Part shown: positions 1-10,467 of the stretch, piece after piece
Layout: each line of letters opens with the position of its first letter
Numbering within the stretch: position 1 is the stretch's first letter
Assembly (NCBI GenBank): GCA_965218425.1
Contig: OZ244621.1
Location: 128,001 to 192,000 of the forward strand
Length of the DNA: 64,000 bases
Direction of reading: 5' to 3'
From: an uncultured Candidatus Binatia bacterium
GTDB taxonomy: Bacteria > Desulfobacterota > Binatia > UBA9968 > CAXXLF01
The notes under the pieces: model-generated
The model's input: the letters and a program-made list of their open reading frames with translations, nothing else
Told to the model about the DNA's origin: nothing
The model's database searches: none
Made by a program: the position numbers and the translations under genes

Positions 1-84
1 AACAAGATGAGATGCTCGCGGGGAAGGCTTCCTGACGGTTGTCAGGTTTAAAGGGAAAACACGAAACGCTACTCTGACTGCGGA

Positions 85-246
85 CTAACAAATTCCCCCA
101 ATTTTCAAGATCATGAATTCGAGAAGAGTACTCACAATGGCTAGGACATAAAACCCAACACCTGTAGCCATACCGATGCCGCACACGAACCAAATGGTTG
201 CGGCCGATGTCAGACCCTGAATTTCCTTCCGGGTTCGAAGTATGGT
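85..246 (-). pseudogene. MgtC/SapB family C-terminal fragment
   Basis: Manual translation TILRTRKEIQGLTSAATIWFVCGIGMATGVGFYVLAIVST matches the MgtC GLTTAAxIW..GMAxGxG motif; no N-terminal half or start codon. Confidence 0.7.
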
Positions 247-659
247 TCTCTCTTCCTTCGAGTAGCGGTGAAAATTACTTATTCAGTTAAAATGGCCCAT
301 GGAAGTAATCTATCTTGGCATTCCGGATCATACCCACCCTCGCCCCACCCCACCTTGGGCAGCGCAACTACTGACGGTTAGAAATATCACGAGGTTCAAG
401 TAGGATGATCCGACTTGGAATTAACACTATTCCTTCTCCTCACCGCCAGGGCTAACCAAGAAGTTGAGCAAAACTAATACCAACGTGCCCAGTGACCTGC
501 TCCCCTTGAAAATCCACAATAGTCCATATTCGTTGCAGCCATTCAATATGTAATAGTCCAACATTAAAATACAAGTCCATTCGGTTCTTGGACACGAATT
601 ATGCCAATTTGCTTTTGACTATGGCTTTTTATAGTCTCTCCACCGGGAGACTGGAGAGA

Positions 660-1895
660 TTGAAGGCATTTTTTAAGGTTGTCACTCCACAGGAAGCCAT
701 ACGCCTCCTTCTGGATGTAAGTCAGGTGGAAACGGAGCGTATCAGAACTACTGAGGCACACGCTCGAGTGCTGGCCGCAAACCTGTATTCGCCAGTGGAC
801 CTTCCTCATTTCCATAGGGCGGGTATGGACGGATACGCAGTGAAGGCCCAGGACACCTTCGGGGCTAGCACCAGTCTTCCAGCCTATCTAGAGCTCGTTG
901 GCTTCGTTGAAATGGGACAACAGGTCACGCAACCTTTGGCCAAAGGAGAGGCCATGCGTATTTCCACCGGGGGCATGTTGCCTCCCGAGAGTGACGCAGT
1001 GGTAATGGTGGAGTACACGGAAGAGGTGGGACATCAAAGGGTTGAGATCCAGAGGGGAGTGTCGCCTTGGCAAAATACCATCCAGATCGGCGACGACATC
1101 AAGAAGGGAGAGTTGGTCTTCCGTCGCGGCCGGCGTCTCAGAGCTCATGATGTGGGTGCCCTGACGGGAATCGGGATCTCGAAACTGACGGTGCACCGTA
1201 AACCGCGAGTGGCCCTCATCTCTACGGGAGATGAGATAGTGGAGGCCGAGCAAATACCTCTCCCGGGACAGATACGAAACATCAACCAACATTCCCTGGC
1301 GGGCCTCATTGCTGAGTGCGGTGCAGAGTTACAAGACCTGGGGGTCATTCGGGATCAAAAAAATAGCCTTTTCGCGGCATTGACGCAGGCCCTGGGATCG
1401 TCTGATCTCGTGCTCATTTCCGGCGGAAGCTCCGTGGGTGCCAGAGATATCGCCTTGGATGCCATTTGTTCCCTCCCTGAGGCCACAGTAATATTTCATG
1501 GCATTTCAGTGAGCCCCGGGAAACCCACCATCTTTGCCAAGGCCGCGGGTAAACCTCTGCTCGGTCTCCCGGGCTATCCCGTTTCAGCTCTGGTGATATT
1601 TGATCTCTTTGCCGCGCCCTTGATTGGAAAACTCGGCGGTGAGGATATCGCCGCGTCGTCTCATTTTCAAAAGACCTCTCGAGCAATTCTCAAAACCAAC
1701 ATTACCTCCCAGACGGGCCGTGAGGATTATATTCGCGTATGTCTGACAAGAACCAACGGCACCCTTTACGCTGAGCCCCTCCCGAGCAAATCAGGCGCGA
1801 TCTTTACCTTGGTGAAGGCGGACGGAATGATCAGGGTGGACCTAAACCAGGAGGGAATCGAGCAGGGGGAAGAAGTGGAAGTGATCCTCTTTTAG
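660..1895 (+). CDS. moeA: Molybdopterin molybdo/tungstotransferase MoeA
   Basis: Motifs MDGYAV, ISTGG, STGDE, SGGSSVG, PGKP, GLPGYP; likely TTG start at 660 after GGAGAG. Confidence 0.93.
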   Translation: MKAFFKVVTPQEAIRLLLDVSQVETERIRTTEAHARVLAANLYSPVDLPHFHRAGMDGYAVKAQDTFGASTSLPAYLELVGFVEMGQQVTQPLAKGEAMRISTGGMLPPESDAVVMVEYTEEVGHQRVEIQRGVSPWQNTIQIGDDIKKGELVFRRGRRLRAHDVGALTGIGISKLTVHRKPRVALISTGDEIVEAEQIPLPGQIRNINQHSLAGLIAECGAELQDLGVIRDQKNSLFAALTQALGSSDLVLISGGSSVGARDIALDAICSLPEATVIFHGISVSPGKPTIFAKAAGKPLLGLPGYPVSALVIFDLFAAPLIGKLGGEDIAASSHFQKTSRAILKTNITSQTGREDYIRVCLTRTNGTLYAEPLPSKSGAIFTLVKADGMIRVDLNQEGIEQGEEVEVILF

Positions 1896-1908
1896 CGGAC
1901 CTAGTTCA

Positions 1909-3840
1909 ATGGCGCGAAAAAGATATTTGAAGAAAACTCCCCTCAGAGAAGCTCGGGAACTCATTCTAGCCGCCATCGACCCGTCATCCCTGGACAACGA
2001 AACCGTCCCCGTTCAGGATGCACTCCATCGGATCACATGCGAGCCCATCTTTGCCAAGATTTCCTCCCCCCACTACCATAGCGCCGCCATGGACGGTATC
2101 TGTGTTCGCGCACAGGACACCTTTGATGCAACGGAGTTTTCGCCCAAGCGATTAAGCCTCACTTCATCCGATTCGGCACCGCAGAACTGTTTTCGCTACG
2201 TCGATACGGGTAACGCCCTGCCCTCCTGGTCCGATGCCGTCGTCATGATCGAGAAGGTTAGGCAACTGAACGCAACAACAGTGGAGATCTTGGAATCCTC
2301 CACCCCCTGGCAAAATGTACGCCTGGTGGGTGAAGATGTGGTGGCCACAGAGCCCCTACTCCCCCGTTGCCACCGCCTTCGCTCCTATGATCTGGGAGCT
2401 CTTTTGGCGGCGGGTCATGTGACGGTGAAGGTCCGGTCTCGTCCCAGGGTTGCCATTATTCCCACAGGGGATGAGCTCATCCTGCCTGGGGAAGAGGCAG
2501 GGCCGGGACACATCATTGAATTTAACTCCACCGTGTTGGCAGCGCTGATTCGAGAATGGGGAGGAGTCCCCACGGTGCTTCCCCCAGTGAGCGATGACCC
2601 CGTCAAGCTAAAACTGGCCTTAGAAACTGCCCTGAAAGAAAACCACATAGTCAACATCATCGCAGGATCCTCAGCGGGAGAACATGACTTCACCGCCCAA
2701 ATCGTCGAAGAGGCGGGAAAACTCCTGGTCCATGGTATCGACATCATGCCGGGGAAACCCGCTGTGTTGGGTTCCGTTGGGGGCAAGCCCGTGGTTGGCA
2801 TCCCGGGGTACCCGGTATCCGCCATTGTGGTGGCACGGGAGATCATGCAGCCCGCCCTGGAAAAGTTCCTCGGAGCACGTTTGACTCCCCAGCTAAAGGT
2901 TCGGGCCATAGTGCCAAAAAAACTCCCCTCCCCCCTCGGTCTAGAAGAGTTCGTTCGAGTTAATTTAGGTCGAGTGCAGGAACACTTAATGGCCGTACCC
3001 TTGAGGCGTGGAGCAGGGGTCATCACCACCATGGTCCAGGCCGACGGATTGTTGCGAATCCCCAGTCTCACAGAAGGCATCAACGCTGGTGAGGAAGTGG
3101 AGGTGGAGCTCTTACGTTCTCCCGAGGATATAGAAAACACCATCCTGTGCACCGGCAGTCACGATCTCTCCATTGGAGTTCTCGAAGACCAACTCAAGCG
3201 CCGCCATCCGGCACTAAAGATCGCCTCCACAAACGTAGGCAGTTTGGGCGGGCTATTCTCCCTCCAACGAGGTGAGACCCACATGGCCGGCACTCACCTA
3301 TTGGACCCGGAGACAGGGTCATACAATATTCCCGATATCAAACGGACCCTCCCCGGCCTTCCTGTGACCCTGGTTCACTTGGTCCAACGGCGGCAGGGTC
3401 TTATGGTCCAAAAGGGAAATCCCAAAGGGATTCGGGGGCTGGGAGACCTAGCGCAAGACAATGTTCGCTTCATCAATCGCCAGCCAGGCTCAGGCACCAG
3501 GGTCCTGCTCGATTTCGAGCTCAAGCGAATGGGCGTTGAGCCTGCCACCATTCAGGGATACAACCGGGAGGAGTTCACTCACATGGGGGTAGCCGTGTCC
3601 ATCAGCAGCGGCCTTTCGGACGTGGGCCTGGGGGTCCGATCCGCCGCCAATGCCCTTGACCTGGAGTTCATTCCAGTGGGACAAGAACAATACGACCTTC
3701 TCTTGCTGCGAGGATTCCTCGAAACCGGAATGGGGCAAAGGCTGCTGGAGATTATTCGATGTGACGAATTCAGACGGGCAGTGGAAGGCCTGGGGGGCTA
3801 CGACGCAAGCGCAAGTGGGGAGATCCTTTTTTCACAGTAA
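1909..3840 (+). CDS. moeA: MoeA fused to a C-terminal PBP/LysR-substrate-binding domain
   Basis: MoeA motifs (AMDG, PTGDE, PGKP) followed by GSHD, VGSLGGL, NRQPGSGTR of the PBP domain. Confidence 0.92.
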   Translation: MARKRYLKKTPLREARELILAAIDPSSLDNETVPVQDALHRITCEPIFAKISSPHYHSAAMDGICVRAQDTFDATEFSPKRLSLTSSDSAPQNCFRYVDTGNALPSWSDAVVMIEKVRQLNATTVEILESSTPWQNVRLVGEDVVATEPLLPRCHRLRSYDLGALLAAGHVTVKVRSRPRVAIIPTGDELILPGEEAGPGHIIEFNSTVLAALIREWGGVPTVLPPVSDDPVKLKLALETALKENHIVNIIAGSSAGEHDFTAQIVEEAGKLLVHGIDIMPGKPAVLGSVGGKPVVGIPGYPVSAIVVAREIMQPALEKFLGARLTPQLKVRAIVPKKLPSPLGLEEFVRVNLGRVQEHLMAVPLRRGAGVITTMVQADGLLRIPSLTEGINAGEEVEVELLRSPEDIENTILCTGSHDLSIGVLEDQLKRRHPALKIASTNVGSLGGLFSLQRGETHMAGTHLLDPETGSYNIPDIKRTLPGLPVTLVHLVQRRQGLMVQKGNPKGIRGLGDLAQDNVRFINRQPGSGTRVLLDFELKRMGVEPATIQGYNREEFTHMGVAVSISSGLSDVGLGVRSAANALDLEFIPVGQEQYDLLLLRGFLETGMGQRLLEIIRCDEFRRAVEGLGGYDASASGEILFSQ

Positions 3841-3891
3841 TCTTTAACATCCATTGACACCAACGGCATCAAGAACGGGGGAGTTGAGACC

Positions 3892-4845
3892 ATGGCCAAA
3901 CCAACTGATTTCAAAATTGCTGTTACGTCGCGAGGGAGAACGGAGATTGCCGTCAGGCTATTACCCTCCTTCTATGATCTGGTACCGGATCCTGCCAATA
4001 CCCACGTCACCCTTGTGGTTGGAAGCGGTGACTCTGAGATTGGTGGAATCGGGACGCCCATGATCGTGGGAAACAAGAAATTTCACTTCGGTTTCTGCAA
4101 TCCGGCCGCGGTCGGTCGCATGGCGGTTCTGGGCAGGGGGTTTTATAAAAAGAATATTCCCCTCAGGGCCATTGGAGTTTTTCCCTCCTGGGACCGATTG
4201 GTCTTCGCTGTACACAGGGACACGGGAATTCATTCCCTGGAAGAAATCAAGGAAAGAAAATACCCTCTAATCGTCTCCACCCGGTTGCTCGGAAAATACC
4301 GGGGCACCGTGCTGGCCGTTGAAGAGACTTTAAAAGCATACGGCTTTGGCCTGGCGGACATCGAAAAGTGGGGCGGCAAGATTCTTCGAGTCACGAATCC
4401 CGGTTCGCCGCAGCGCGCCAAACATATTTCCGAAGGTCAGGCCAATGCTGTCTTTGACGAGGGAATAAAAAACTGGGGGTCTCGAGCGCTCAACTCAGGA
4501 ATAAGGTTTTTACCCATCAGTGACAAGGTCCTGAACCGGCTGGAAAAGATCGGTTTTTCCAGGAGCTCACTGAGCCCGGAGAATTTTCCGGAACTGGGTC
4601 AGGAGGTGCCCACGGTGGATTTCAGCGGTTGGCTTTTGTTTTGTCACCCACAACTGCCGAGCCGGATCGCCTATGCCATGGCAAAGGCGGTTGATCTTGA
4701 GTGCCCAAGGATTCCCGTTGATCATTTTCACAAACGAGCCATGATCATGGAAGAATTCTGTCAGGGGGGAGAAGGTGGGCCTTTGACCCTACCACTCCAC
4801 CCCGGGGCGAAGAAGTATTATCGGGAAAAAGGCTATTTACCCTAG
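3892..4845 (+). CDS. TAXI-family solute-binding-fold protein with no signal peptide
   Basis: C-terminal PLHPGAKKYYREKG typical of TAXI receptors; RBS GGGGAG; no hydrophobic N-terminal stretch. Confidence 0.75.
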   Translation: MAKPTDFKIAVTSRGRTEIAVRLLPSFYDLVPDPANTHVTLVVGSGDSEIGGIGTPMIVGNKKFHFGFCNPAAVGRMAVLGRGFYKKNIPLRAIGVFPSWDRLVFAVHRDTGIHSLEEIKERKYPLIVSTRLLGKYRGTVLAVEETLKAYGFGLADIEKWGGKILRVTNPGSPQRAKHISEGQANAVFDEGIKNWGSRALNSGIRFLPISDKVLNRLEKIGFSRSSLSPENFPELGQEVPTVDFSGWLLFCHPQLPSRIAYAMAKAVDLECPRIPVDHFHKRAMIMEEFCQGGEGGPLTLPLHPGAKKYYREKGYLP

Positions 4846-6732
4846 TTAATCCAGCTGACTCCAGTCGCGAAATTCTTCCAACCCTAACTTGGCCAGGGTA
4901 TCCATATAAGGACGACCCGTTTTGGGATGTCTTCCCGAAAGAGTGTAGTATTCCTCAACCATGGCCGGGAGCCACTTGGCGATGGTAAAACCCTTGTACT
5001 TTCCGTCTGGGACCGGCTCGAGGAACCTAGGACCTACATCCTTCCAGTCTTCCTCGGCACTCCAGCCTCTCTGCAATGCAAAGATGGATTGCAAGACCAC
5101 GCTCCTGAAACCCGCATCGAGACCTTCATCCAGGTCAAAATTCCACCCCGTGGTGGCGTTCAGGGAGTCCACCACGCTGTTTAGGGCATCAGGCCGGGCA
5201 TGACTCACGGCAAACCAGCAACCTCCAATGAGGCCGGTGAACTGACGGTGCCATTCGGATAAGACCTGAGACCAGGGCCAACCCGCGGGATCATCCCGGT
5301 CCAGCGGACCCCAATTTTCGCGATACCGAAGATCTGGAGATGGTTTGTCGGACCCTCCCCCTTGGGGCTTCATTCCCCCACTGGCAACGATCTCGCGGAG
5401 CATCTGTCCAAAGTGGGGCCGCCAATCATGCAGGGCGGGTGTCCCCTTTTTCGTGTGCACCACCCACTGGCGGGCCTCTCCCCCAATGGCATCAGCCACC
5501 TGGGTGGGTCCGTCAGCAATGAGATTTCCCCAGCGGCCCTCGCGACGGGCTGCCATATCCAGCAACCGTGAGATGGTCTCGACGTCGCCCCACTCAAAAC
5601 GAAGTCCCTCGGTTTGATCAGGCCCCAGGAGGCCCTTTTCCCAAGCCTCGAAGGCCACAGCCACTCCACAGGAAAAATGACTGCACTCGATCCCCACGTC
5701 ATTGATTCTCTCAGCGAGGTAAAGAGCGTCGCTTCCCTTGACGCCAAGGTTAAAGAAGGAGTCCATCCATTCGCTGCCTGCGTTGAAGTGCCCAACCACC
5801 CCTGGATGAGAACCGTTTCTGAGCTCAACATCCTCGGGACAACATGCCTGGCACTGGAAGCACGGCCGTAACGTTATTCGATTTTCATCAAACCCGCGCG
5901 CGTGATCAGAAATGAGGGTGCTACGATAGTTCAGGTTGGGTACTGCTTCTAAATGCACCGCGTGACCGGCGGAGTCCATTACCCCGGAATTTCTCCTAAG
6001 CACCTTGCGCCACCGAAGCCCCGCCTCAATGAGTTTTCCCTTGTCCCGGATGGGCGGTCTCATGGTCCCGCTCACCACAATGGCCTTGAGTTTCTTGGAG
6101 CCAAAAATTGCCCCGCCGCTGTGGGAAGCGCTGTGGTTGTAGTCGTTGCATAGCATCGCGGCGCCGTTAAGGTTCTCACCCGCCGGCCCGATGCACAGCA
6201 CCCTGGCATCCTTGATCCCCACCTCCGCCCTCAGAAGATCCTCCGTATCCCTGGAGCCCTTTCCCCACACCCGGCTGGCATCTCGAAGCTCGGGTTTCCC
6301 GTCATTGATGAATAAGTAAGTGGGCTTGTGTGAAACCCCTTCCACGATTAAGCCATCGTAGCCTGCGGACTTCAGATAAACTGCCCAGAAACCGCTGGCA
6401 GCGCCCCGACCCAGGGTATGTCCTGTGAGTGGACTGAGAAAGATGGCCGTTACTTTGGTTCCACCTGGCGTCAGGCCAGTCCCCGTGATGGGCCCTGTCA
6501 TCAGCACTACTTTGCTTTCAGGACCTAAAGGCTTCGCGTCCAGGGGGAGTTCGTGGAGCAAGGTGTACAGGGCCAGGGCCTGTCCGCCAAGGAGCTTCCT
6601 GAGCACGGGCTCTTCCGGCAGATTTTCATCCTTCATGGTCCCGGAGGTCAGGTCCACACGTAGGATCTTGCCCATGTATCCGCCCGGCAATACCGTCTTA
6701 CGTTCACGAGGGAATAGTTCACCATCGAACAT
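4846..6732 (-). CDS. Aldehyde:ferredoxin oxidoreductase family (AOR/WOR) catalytic subunit
   Basis: GYMGKILRVDLT, SPLTG, LKSAGYDG, CIGPAGEN, GSKKLKAI, CxxCxxxC and a C-terminal GGCWF cysteine. Confidence 0.92.
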   Translation of the reverse strand: MFDGELFPRERKTVLPGGYMGKILRVDLTSGTMKDENLPEEPVLRKLLGGQALALYTLLHELPLDAKPLGPESKVVLMTGPITGTGLTPGGTKVTAIFLSPLTGHTLGRGAASGFWAVYLKSAGYDGLIVEGVSHKPTYLFINDGKPELRDASRVWGKGSRDTEDLLRAEVGIKDARVLCIGPAGENLNGAAMLCNDYNHSASHSGGAIFGSKKLKAIVVSGTMRPPIRDKGKLIEAGLRWRKVLRRNSGVMDSAGHAVHLEAVPNLNYRSTLISDHARGFDENRITLRPCFQCQACCPEDVELRNGSHPGVVGHFNAGSEWMDSFFNLGVKGSDALYLAERINDVGIECSHFSCGVAVAFEAWEKGLLGPDQTEGLRFEWGDVETISRLLDMAARREGRWGNLIADGPTQVADAIGGEARQWVVHTKKGTPALHDWRPHFGQMLREIVASGGMKPQGGGSDKPSPDLRYRENWGPLDRDDPAGWPWSQVLSEWHRQFTGLIGGCWFAVSHARPDALNSVVDSLNATTGWNFDLDEGLDAGFRSVVLQSIFALQRGWSAEEDWKDVGPRFLEPVPDGKYKGFTIAKWLPAMVEEYYTLSGRHPKTGRPYMDTLAKLGLEEFRDWSQLD

Positions 6733-6744
6733 TCTAGATTCCTC

Positions 6745-7578
6745 CTAAGCTACCGTCCGCCACGGCCAGTAACGATAGAGAAGCCGGCCCGGGTGAATGA
6801 TGGCCAGGTAAAGCGCCCTCATCTTTCCCTTCATACCACAACGGGGAGTGAAGAGATCCTTGATCATCAGACCAAGAGGGATTCTATGTTTAGGATACCT
6901 CTCGCTGCCAACCGTGGGAGTACCGTAATCCTCTTTCTTCTCCTTGAGGACATATATCACCTGGGTTCCCCCGGCCTCTTTGTCCCCGTAGAGATAACCT
7001 CCCACCTCTTCTGCGCGTTGAGTCGCCTTTGTGGCCATATCTTCCCTCAGACCAAAGTCCAGGGCATCGGCCGGACAGGCCTGCACGCAAAACGGATTTT
7101 TATCCTCTTTGACCCGGTCACTACACATGGTGCATTTGCTTGCCTTGCTGGAAGTCCCGTCTTTTGAAATGACACTGTTGATATCATTCTCCGACAGGGC
7201 GCCCCAAGGACAGGCATAGACGCAGTATTCGCATCCGATGCAGACCTCCTGGTCGATCACCACGGGCCCTTCGTCGTATTTGGTAATGGCCTCCACTGGA
7301 CAAACCGCTGCACAGCTGGGGAACTCACAGTGCATGCAACTGTTTCTTGCCCAGATGGGCGAAAGGCCTTCCAGTACGGGCGGCTGCATGGTGATCCAAT
7401 TGGTACTCGACATTTCGTAGACGCTCGTCCGCGGGTGGTCGTTCCAATCCTTGCAAGCATGGACGCACTGGCGGCAGCCGATGCATTTAGTAGCATCGAA
7501 TAGAATGCTGCGTGGCTTCCCATCGATCAGCCTGCCCGTTGGAATCAAATTGCCGTACTTGTGGTTCATTGTGCTCAC
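6745..7578 (-). CDS. 4x[4Fe-4S] electron-transfer subunit (FdnH/HybA-like)
   Basis: CIGCRQC, CMHC..C..VCP, CIGCEYC..ACP, KCTMC..CVQACP, YLYG..EAGGT. Confidence 0.9.
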   Translation of the reverse strand: MSTMNHKYGNLIPTGRLIDGKPRSILFDATKCIGCRQCVHACKDWNDHPRTSVYEMSSTNWITMQPPVLEGLSPIWARNSCMHCEFPSCAAVCPVEAITKYDEGPVVIDQEVCIGCEYCVYACPWGALSENDINSVISKDGTSSKASKCTMCSDRVKEDKNPFCVQACPADALDFGLREDMATKATQRAEEVGGYLYGDKEAGGTQVIYVLKEKKEDYGTPTVGSERYPKHRIPLGLMIKDLFTPRCGMKGKMRALYLAIIHPGRLLYRYWPWRTVA

Positions 7579-7605
7579 TCCGTTTTAAATTCAAAAACTT
7601 TGGTA

Positions 7606-8682
7606 TTATGCGTCGTAGGGTCTGGCAAACCTTTGTGCAGCGGCTGTGCCTTTAAGAGGTCTTCCCGTATAGGCTGAGATCACATTGCCAATATCATAGG
7701 CATCCGAGGGACGGTTTCTCTCCTTCTTCGTGTACCCTCTGCCGGCGCCGTGGTCGACACCCTGTGGCGTGAACAAAAAATTACCCATTTTGGGACCCGA
7801 GAGGATATATCTCAGCTCATCTCCATCAGGATTTCTATGAACCGGCGCATTGCCACTTCCACTCCCCGAGAGGTGGAGGGTCCATGCGCGATTGTGCTTG
7901 TTATCCAAATAGGCGGCCCTAATAAATGCCACTGGAGTCGGGCCTAGCCGTTCAATATCCCCCACACCGAATTTGAATACAGGTAGCTCTCCATCGATCA
8001 TCTCAGCGTCAAGGGGGTAATAATCGTAGAAAATAGAGCTTGTTTCACCCAAGGAATCCGAAAAGGCACCATGATACTTCACTCGAACCTCGTATTCTCC
8101 ATCCATGGTTGCTTCTCTCAGGATCTGAGGTCGCTGAACCTTTTCCGGCATCACCGGCGGTTTCCCCTTACCATAAAGGTGATCCACCATTTCCGCCGGC
8201 ACCAAGAACATCTCCGGCCCAGACTCGTAGATGAGTCGCAAAGTATCCTGTGCACCCCGTAGTAGGACACGGTAGGTTACTCCCTTGGGAATCAGCAGGA
8301 TTTCCCTTTCTCCTACCGTAATTATTCCGCAATCTGTTTCATAGGTCATTCTTCCCCGACTGACGAGATGGAGTTCATCAGCGTCACAGTTGCGAAAAAA
8401 GTAAGGCATGGACTCCTTTCTGCGTGAAAACCATACGGTCAGATCCTCACTGTAAAACAATTTTTCCGGTTCGCCGTATGCAGACTCTGCATCCGCCGGT
8501 ACAACTTGGGCGGTATCGATTTCCCAATTCTGGTAATTCCCAACAATCCGCTTCCAGGACATGGGATGATTCTTCCTGTATAGCACCGTATCCCTTCCCC
8601 ACTGTACCCTTCTCCCATAATGATGCCTTACAAGATCGTACCGTTCCATCTGCTTCAGTGTTAGGCGTTCGGGCTTGTTCAT
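7606..8682 (-). CDS. Homogentisate 1,2-dioxygenase-like cupin
   Basis: FFRNCDADEL, IPKGVTYRV, HRNPDGDE and HG metal-ligand motifs. Confidence 0.75.
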   Translation of the reverse strand: MNKPERLTLKQMERYDLVRHHYGRRVQWGRDTVLYRKNHPMSWKRIVGNYQNWEIDTAQVVPADAESAYGEPEKLFYSEDLTVWFSRRKESMPYFFRNCDADELHLVSRGRMTYETDCGIITVGEREILLIPKGVTYRVLLRGAQDTLRLIYESGPEMFLVPAEMVDHLYGKGKPPVMPEKVQRPQILREATMDGEYEVRVKYHGAFSDSLGETSSIFYDYYPLDAEMIDGELPVFKFGVGDIERLGPTPVAFIRAAYLDNKHNRAWTLHLSGSGSGNAPVHRNPDGDELRYILSGPKMGNFLFTPQGVDHGAGRGYTKKERNRPSDAYDIGNVISAYTGRPLKGTAAAQRFARPYDA

Positions 8683-8768
8683 TTTGATCCCTCCTCAGGG
8701 TCCTTTTATAACGCCATTCGGTCTGCAATCGGGGACCCCCGGCACAAAACAGGGGGCTTCGTCGCTCT

Positions 8769-9470
8769 TCACACGTGTTTTTTCAAGAAACTCAACGTTC
8801 TGGGCCAGGACGCTTTATCGGCATCCGGACAGTAGGACTTTGCGCTAAAATTCATAAAGGCATGACCGGCACCCCCATAGGAGTAAAACTCATGGGGCTT
8901 ATGGTATTGGGTTAGCTTAAGGTCGAACTTGCGCACCTCCTCCGGGGAGGGATTCTCATCCTCCTCTCCGAAATGCCCCATCATGGGACAATGTATTTCC
9001 TCCGTTCGTTCGAAGGGGGACCGACCGTCTCCACGAGCAGAAAAAGTGTTTCCGCCATAATAAACGACAGCGGCCTTGAAGCTGGAACTCGCCGCGGCCA
9101 TGAGATAACACCCCCTTCCTCCCTGACAGAAGCCAACGATCCCCAACCTTCCCGGCTGAACCGACCCGTGCCCTTGAAGATAGGCAAGCGAGCTGTTCAC
9201 ATCCTTGATAATGTTCGCATCTAGAATTCGATTTGCACGAGTGGGTCCGTCATCCGTACAATCCGGACCATCCCTATGATAGAGCTCGGGTGCAACCGCT
9301 ACGAACCCTTCCCGGGCGAGTCGCCTGGTCATTTCTTGCACGAACTCGTCCACTCCTTCCCGATGCTGCAAGACAACCACCGCAGGAAACGGCCCGGTTC
9401 CTTCAGGTACGCTCATGTATATTCCCATGGACCCATCTTCCACCTTTACCTTCTCCCATGCTGATTCCAT
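8769..9470 (-). CDS. Dienelactone hydrolase family
   Basis: GFCQGG nucleophile, G.ED, GHAF; start chosen after GGGAGG. Confidence 0.9.
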   Translation of the reverse strand: MESAWEKVKVEDGSMGIYMSVPEGTGPFPAVVVLQHREGVDEFVQEMTRRLAREGFVAVAPELYHRDGPDCTDDGPTRANRILDANIIKDVNSSLAYLQGHGSVQPGRLGIVGFCQGGRGCYLMAAASSSFKAAVVYYGGNTFSARGDGRSPFERTEEIHCPMMGHFGEEDENPSPEEVRKFDLKLTQYHKPHEFYSYGGAGHAFMNFSAKSYCPDADKASWPRTLSFLKKHV

Positions 9471-9532
9471 TGAAGTAGCCTCCCGGATCAAACCTTCCAA
9501 TGGGCGTCCTTCGGGTCACACGCCAAGGATGC

Positions 9533-10279
9533 CTATATATCTCGGCAGATAACGGACTCCGGCCTCTTTGCACAGAATTCCGCTAACTGTCGTTTGCGTT
9601 GCTCCTCGATCTGCTTGGCTTTCCCCAGCAGTTTGTTGATCTCCCGTTTCCTCTCTTCCTCTAACTGTCTTGCCTTAGCCAGTGCCGCTTCTTTTTCCTT
9701 ACTCAACTGCCGTACCACTTCTCGGTACTGTGCATCGGACCGCTCTCCTTGCTTCTGCAACGTTTCCATCAAGGCAAGCCACCGTTTTTCCTCCTGTTTC
9801 ACCTGCTTCTGTGTAGTCTCCTGTTCCTCACGCAACGCCTTTACCAGCTCTTGCCACTGTTTTTCCGCTCGTTGATGCTGCTGGTGAGCCGCCTCTAGTT
9901 CCTTGCTGACCACCGCAGATAGCTTCTCCCATTGCTTTTGATCTCGTTGCCGCATGGTCTCGGACCATTTCTTCATAGCCGCATCGAACTCCGACCTCTG
10001 GGCCTTTCTAACTATGCTATTGGTTTTGGCCAACAACGGCTTCTCCAAGGCTTTGACCCATTTCTCCACGTTGGAACGAACACTCCCACTCACTTTGCGA
10101 ATCTCTTGTTCGGTTTGTAGGAGCGAGGCTCGTATCTCCTTTAGAGTTTCCTCTTGCGCAGCAACCATTTGATTCACAGGGCGGACAATCTTATGTGTCT
10201 GCCATGAAGTAAACCCTACCCCACTAATAATCAACACCGACACGGAAGCCTCAAATACAAATAATCCTTTGGGAGTCAT
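9533..10279 (-). CDS. Membrane-anchored coiled-coil hypothetical protein
   Basis: N-terminal hydrophobic helix, long E/K/Q-rich heptads. Confidence 0.65.
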   Translation of the reverse strand: MTPKGLFVFEASVSVLIISGVGFTSWQTHKIVRPVNQMVAAQEETLKEIRASLLQTEQEIRKVSGSVRSNVEKWVKALEKPLLAKTNSIVRKAQRSEFDAAMKKWSETMRQRDQKQWEKLSAVVSKELEAAHQQHQRAEKQWQELVKALREEQETTQKQVKQEEKRWLALMETLQKQGERSDAQYREVVRQLSKEKEAALAKARQLEEERKREINKLLGKAKQIEEQRKRQLAEFCAKRPESVICRDI

Positions 10280-10467
10280 ATGATCTATCCTCGTCCCGCC
10301 TCGATTTCCTGGATCACATCACCTCGATAATTTGGATCTCAGCCCGTCCTTAGCCTTGTGCCTTGCCAACCCCGCCGCTCCCGAGCACTCTTGTGACGAG
10401 ATGAAACTGTTATGGAAAGGCAGCTGCCCTTTAGGCTTGTATTCCAGGGGTCACAAGTTGTCAATGG

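Noticed and set aside
250..659. Moco/Wco riboswitch upstream of moeA
   Set aside because: No recognisable conserved structure by eye; an Rfam scan would be needed
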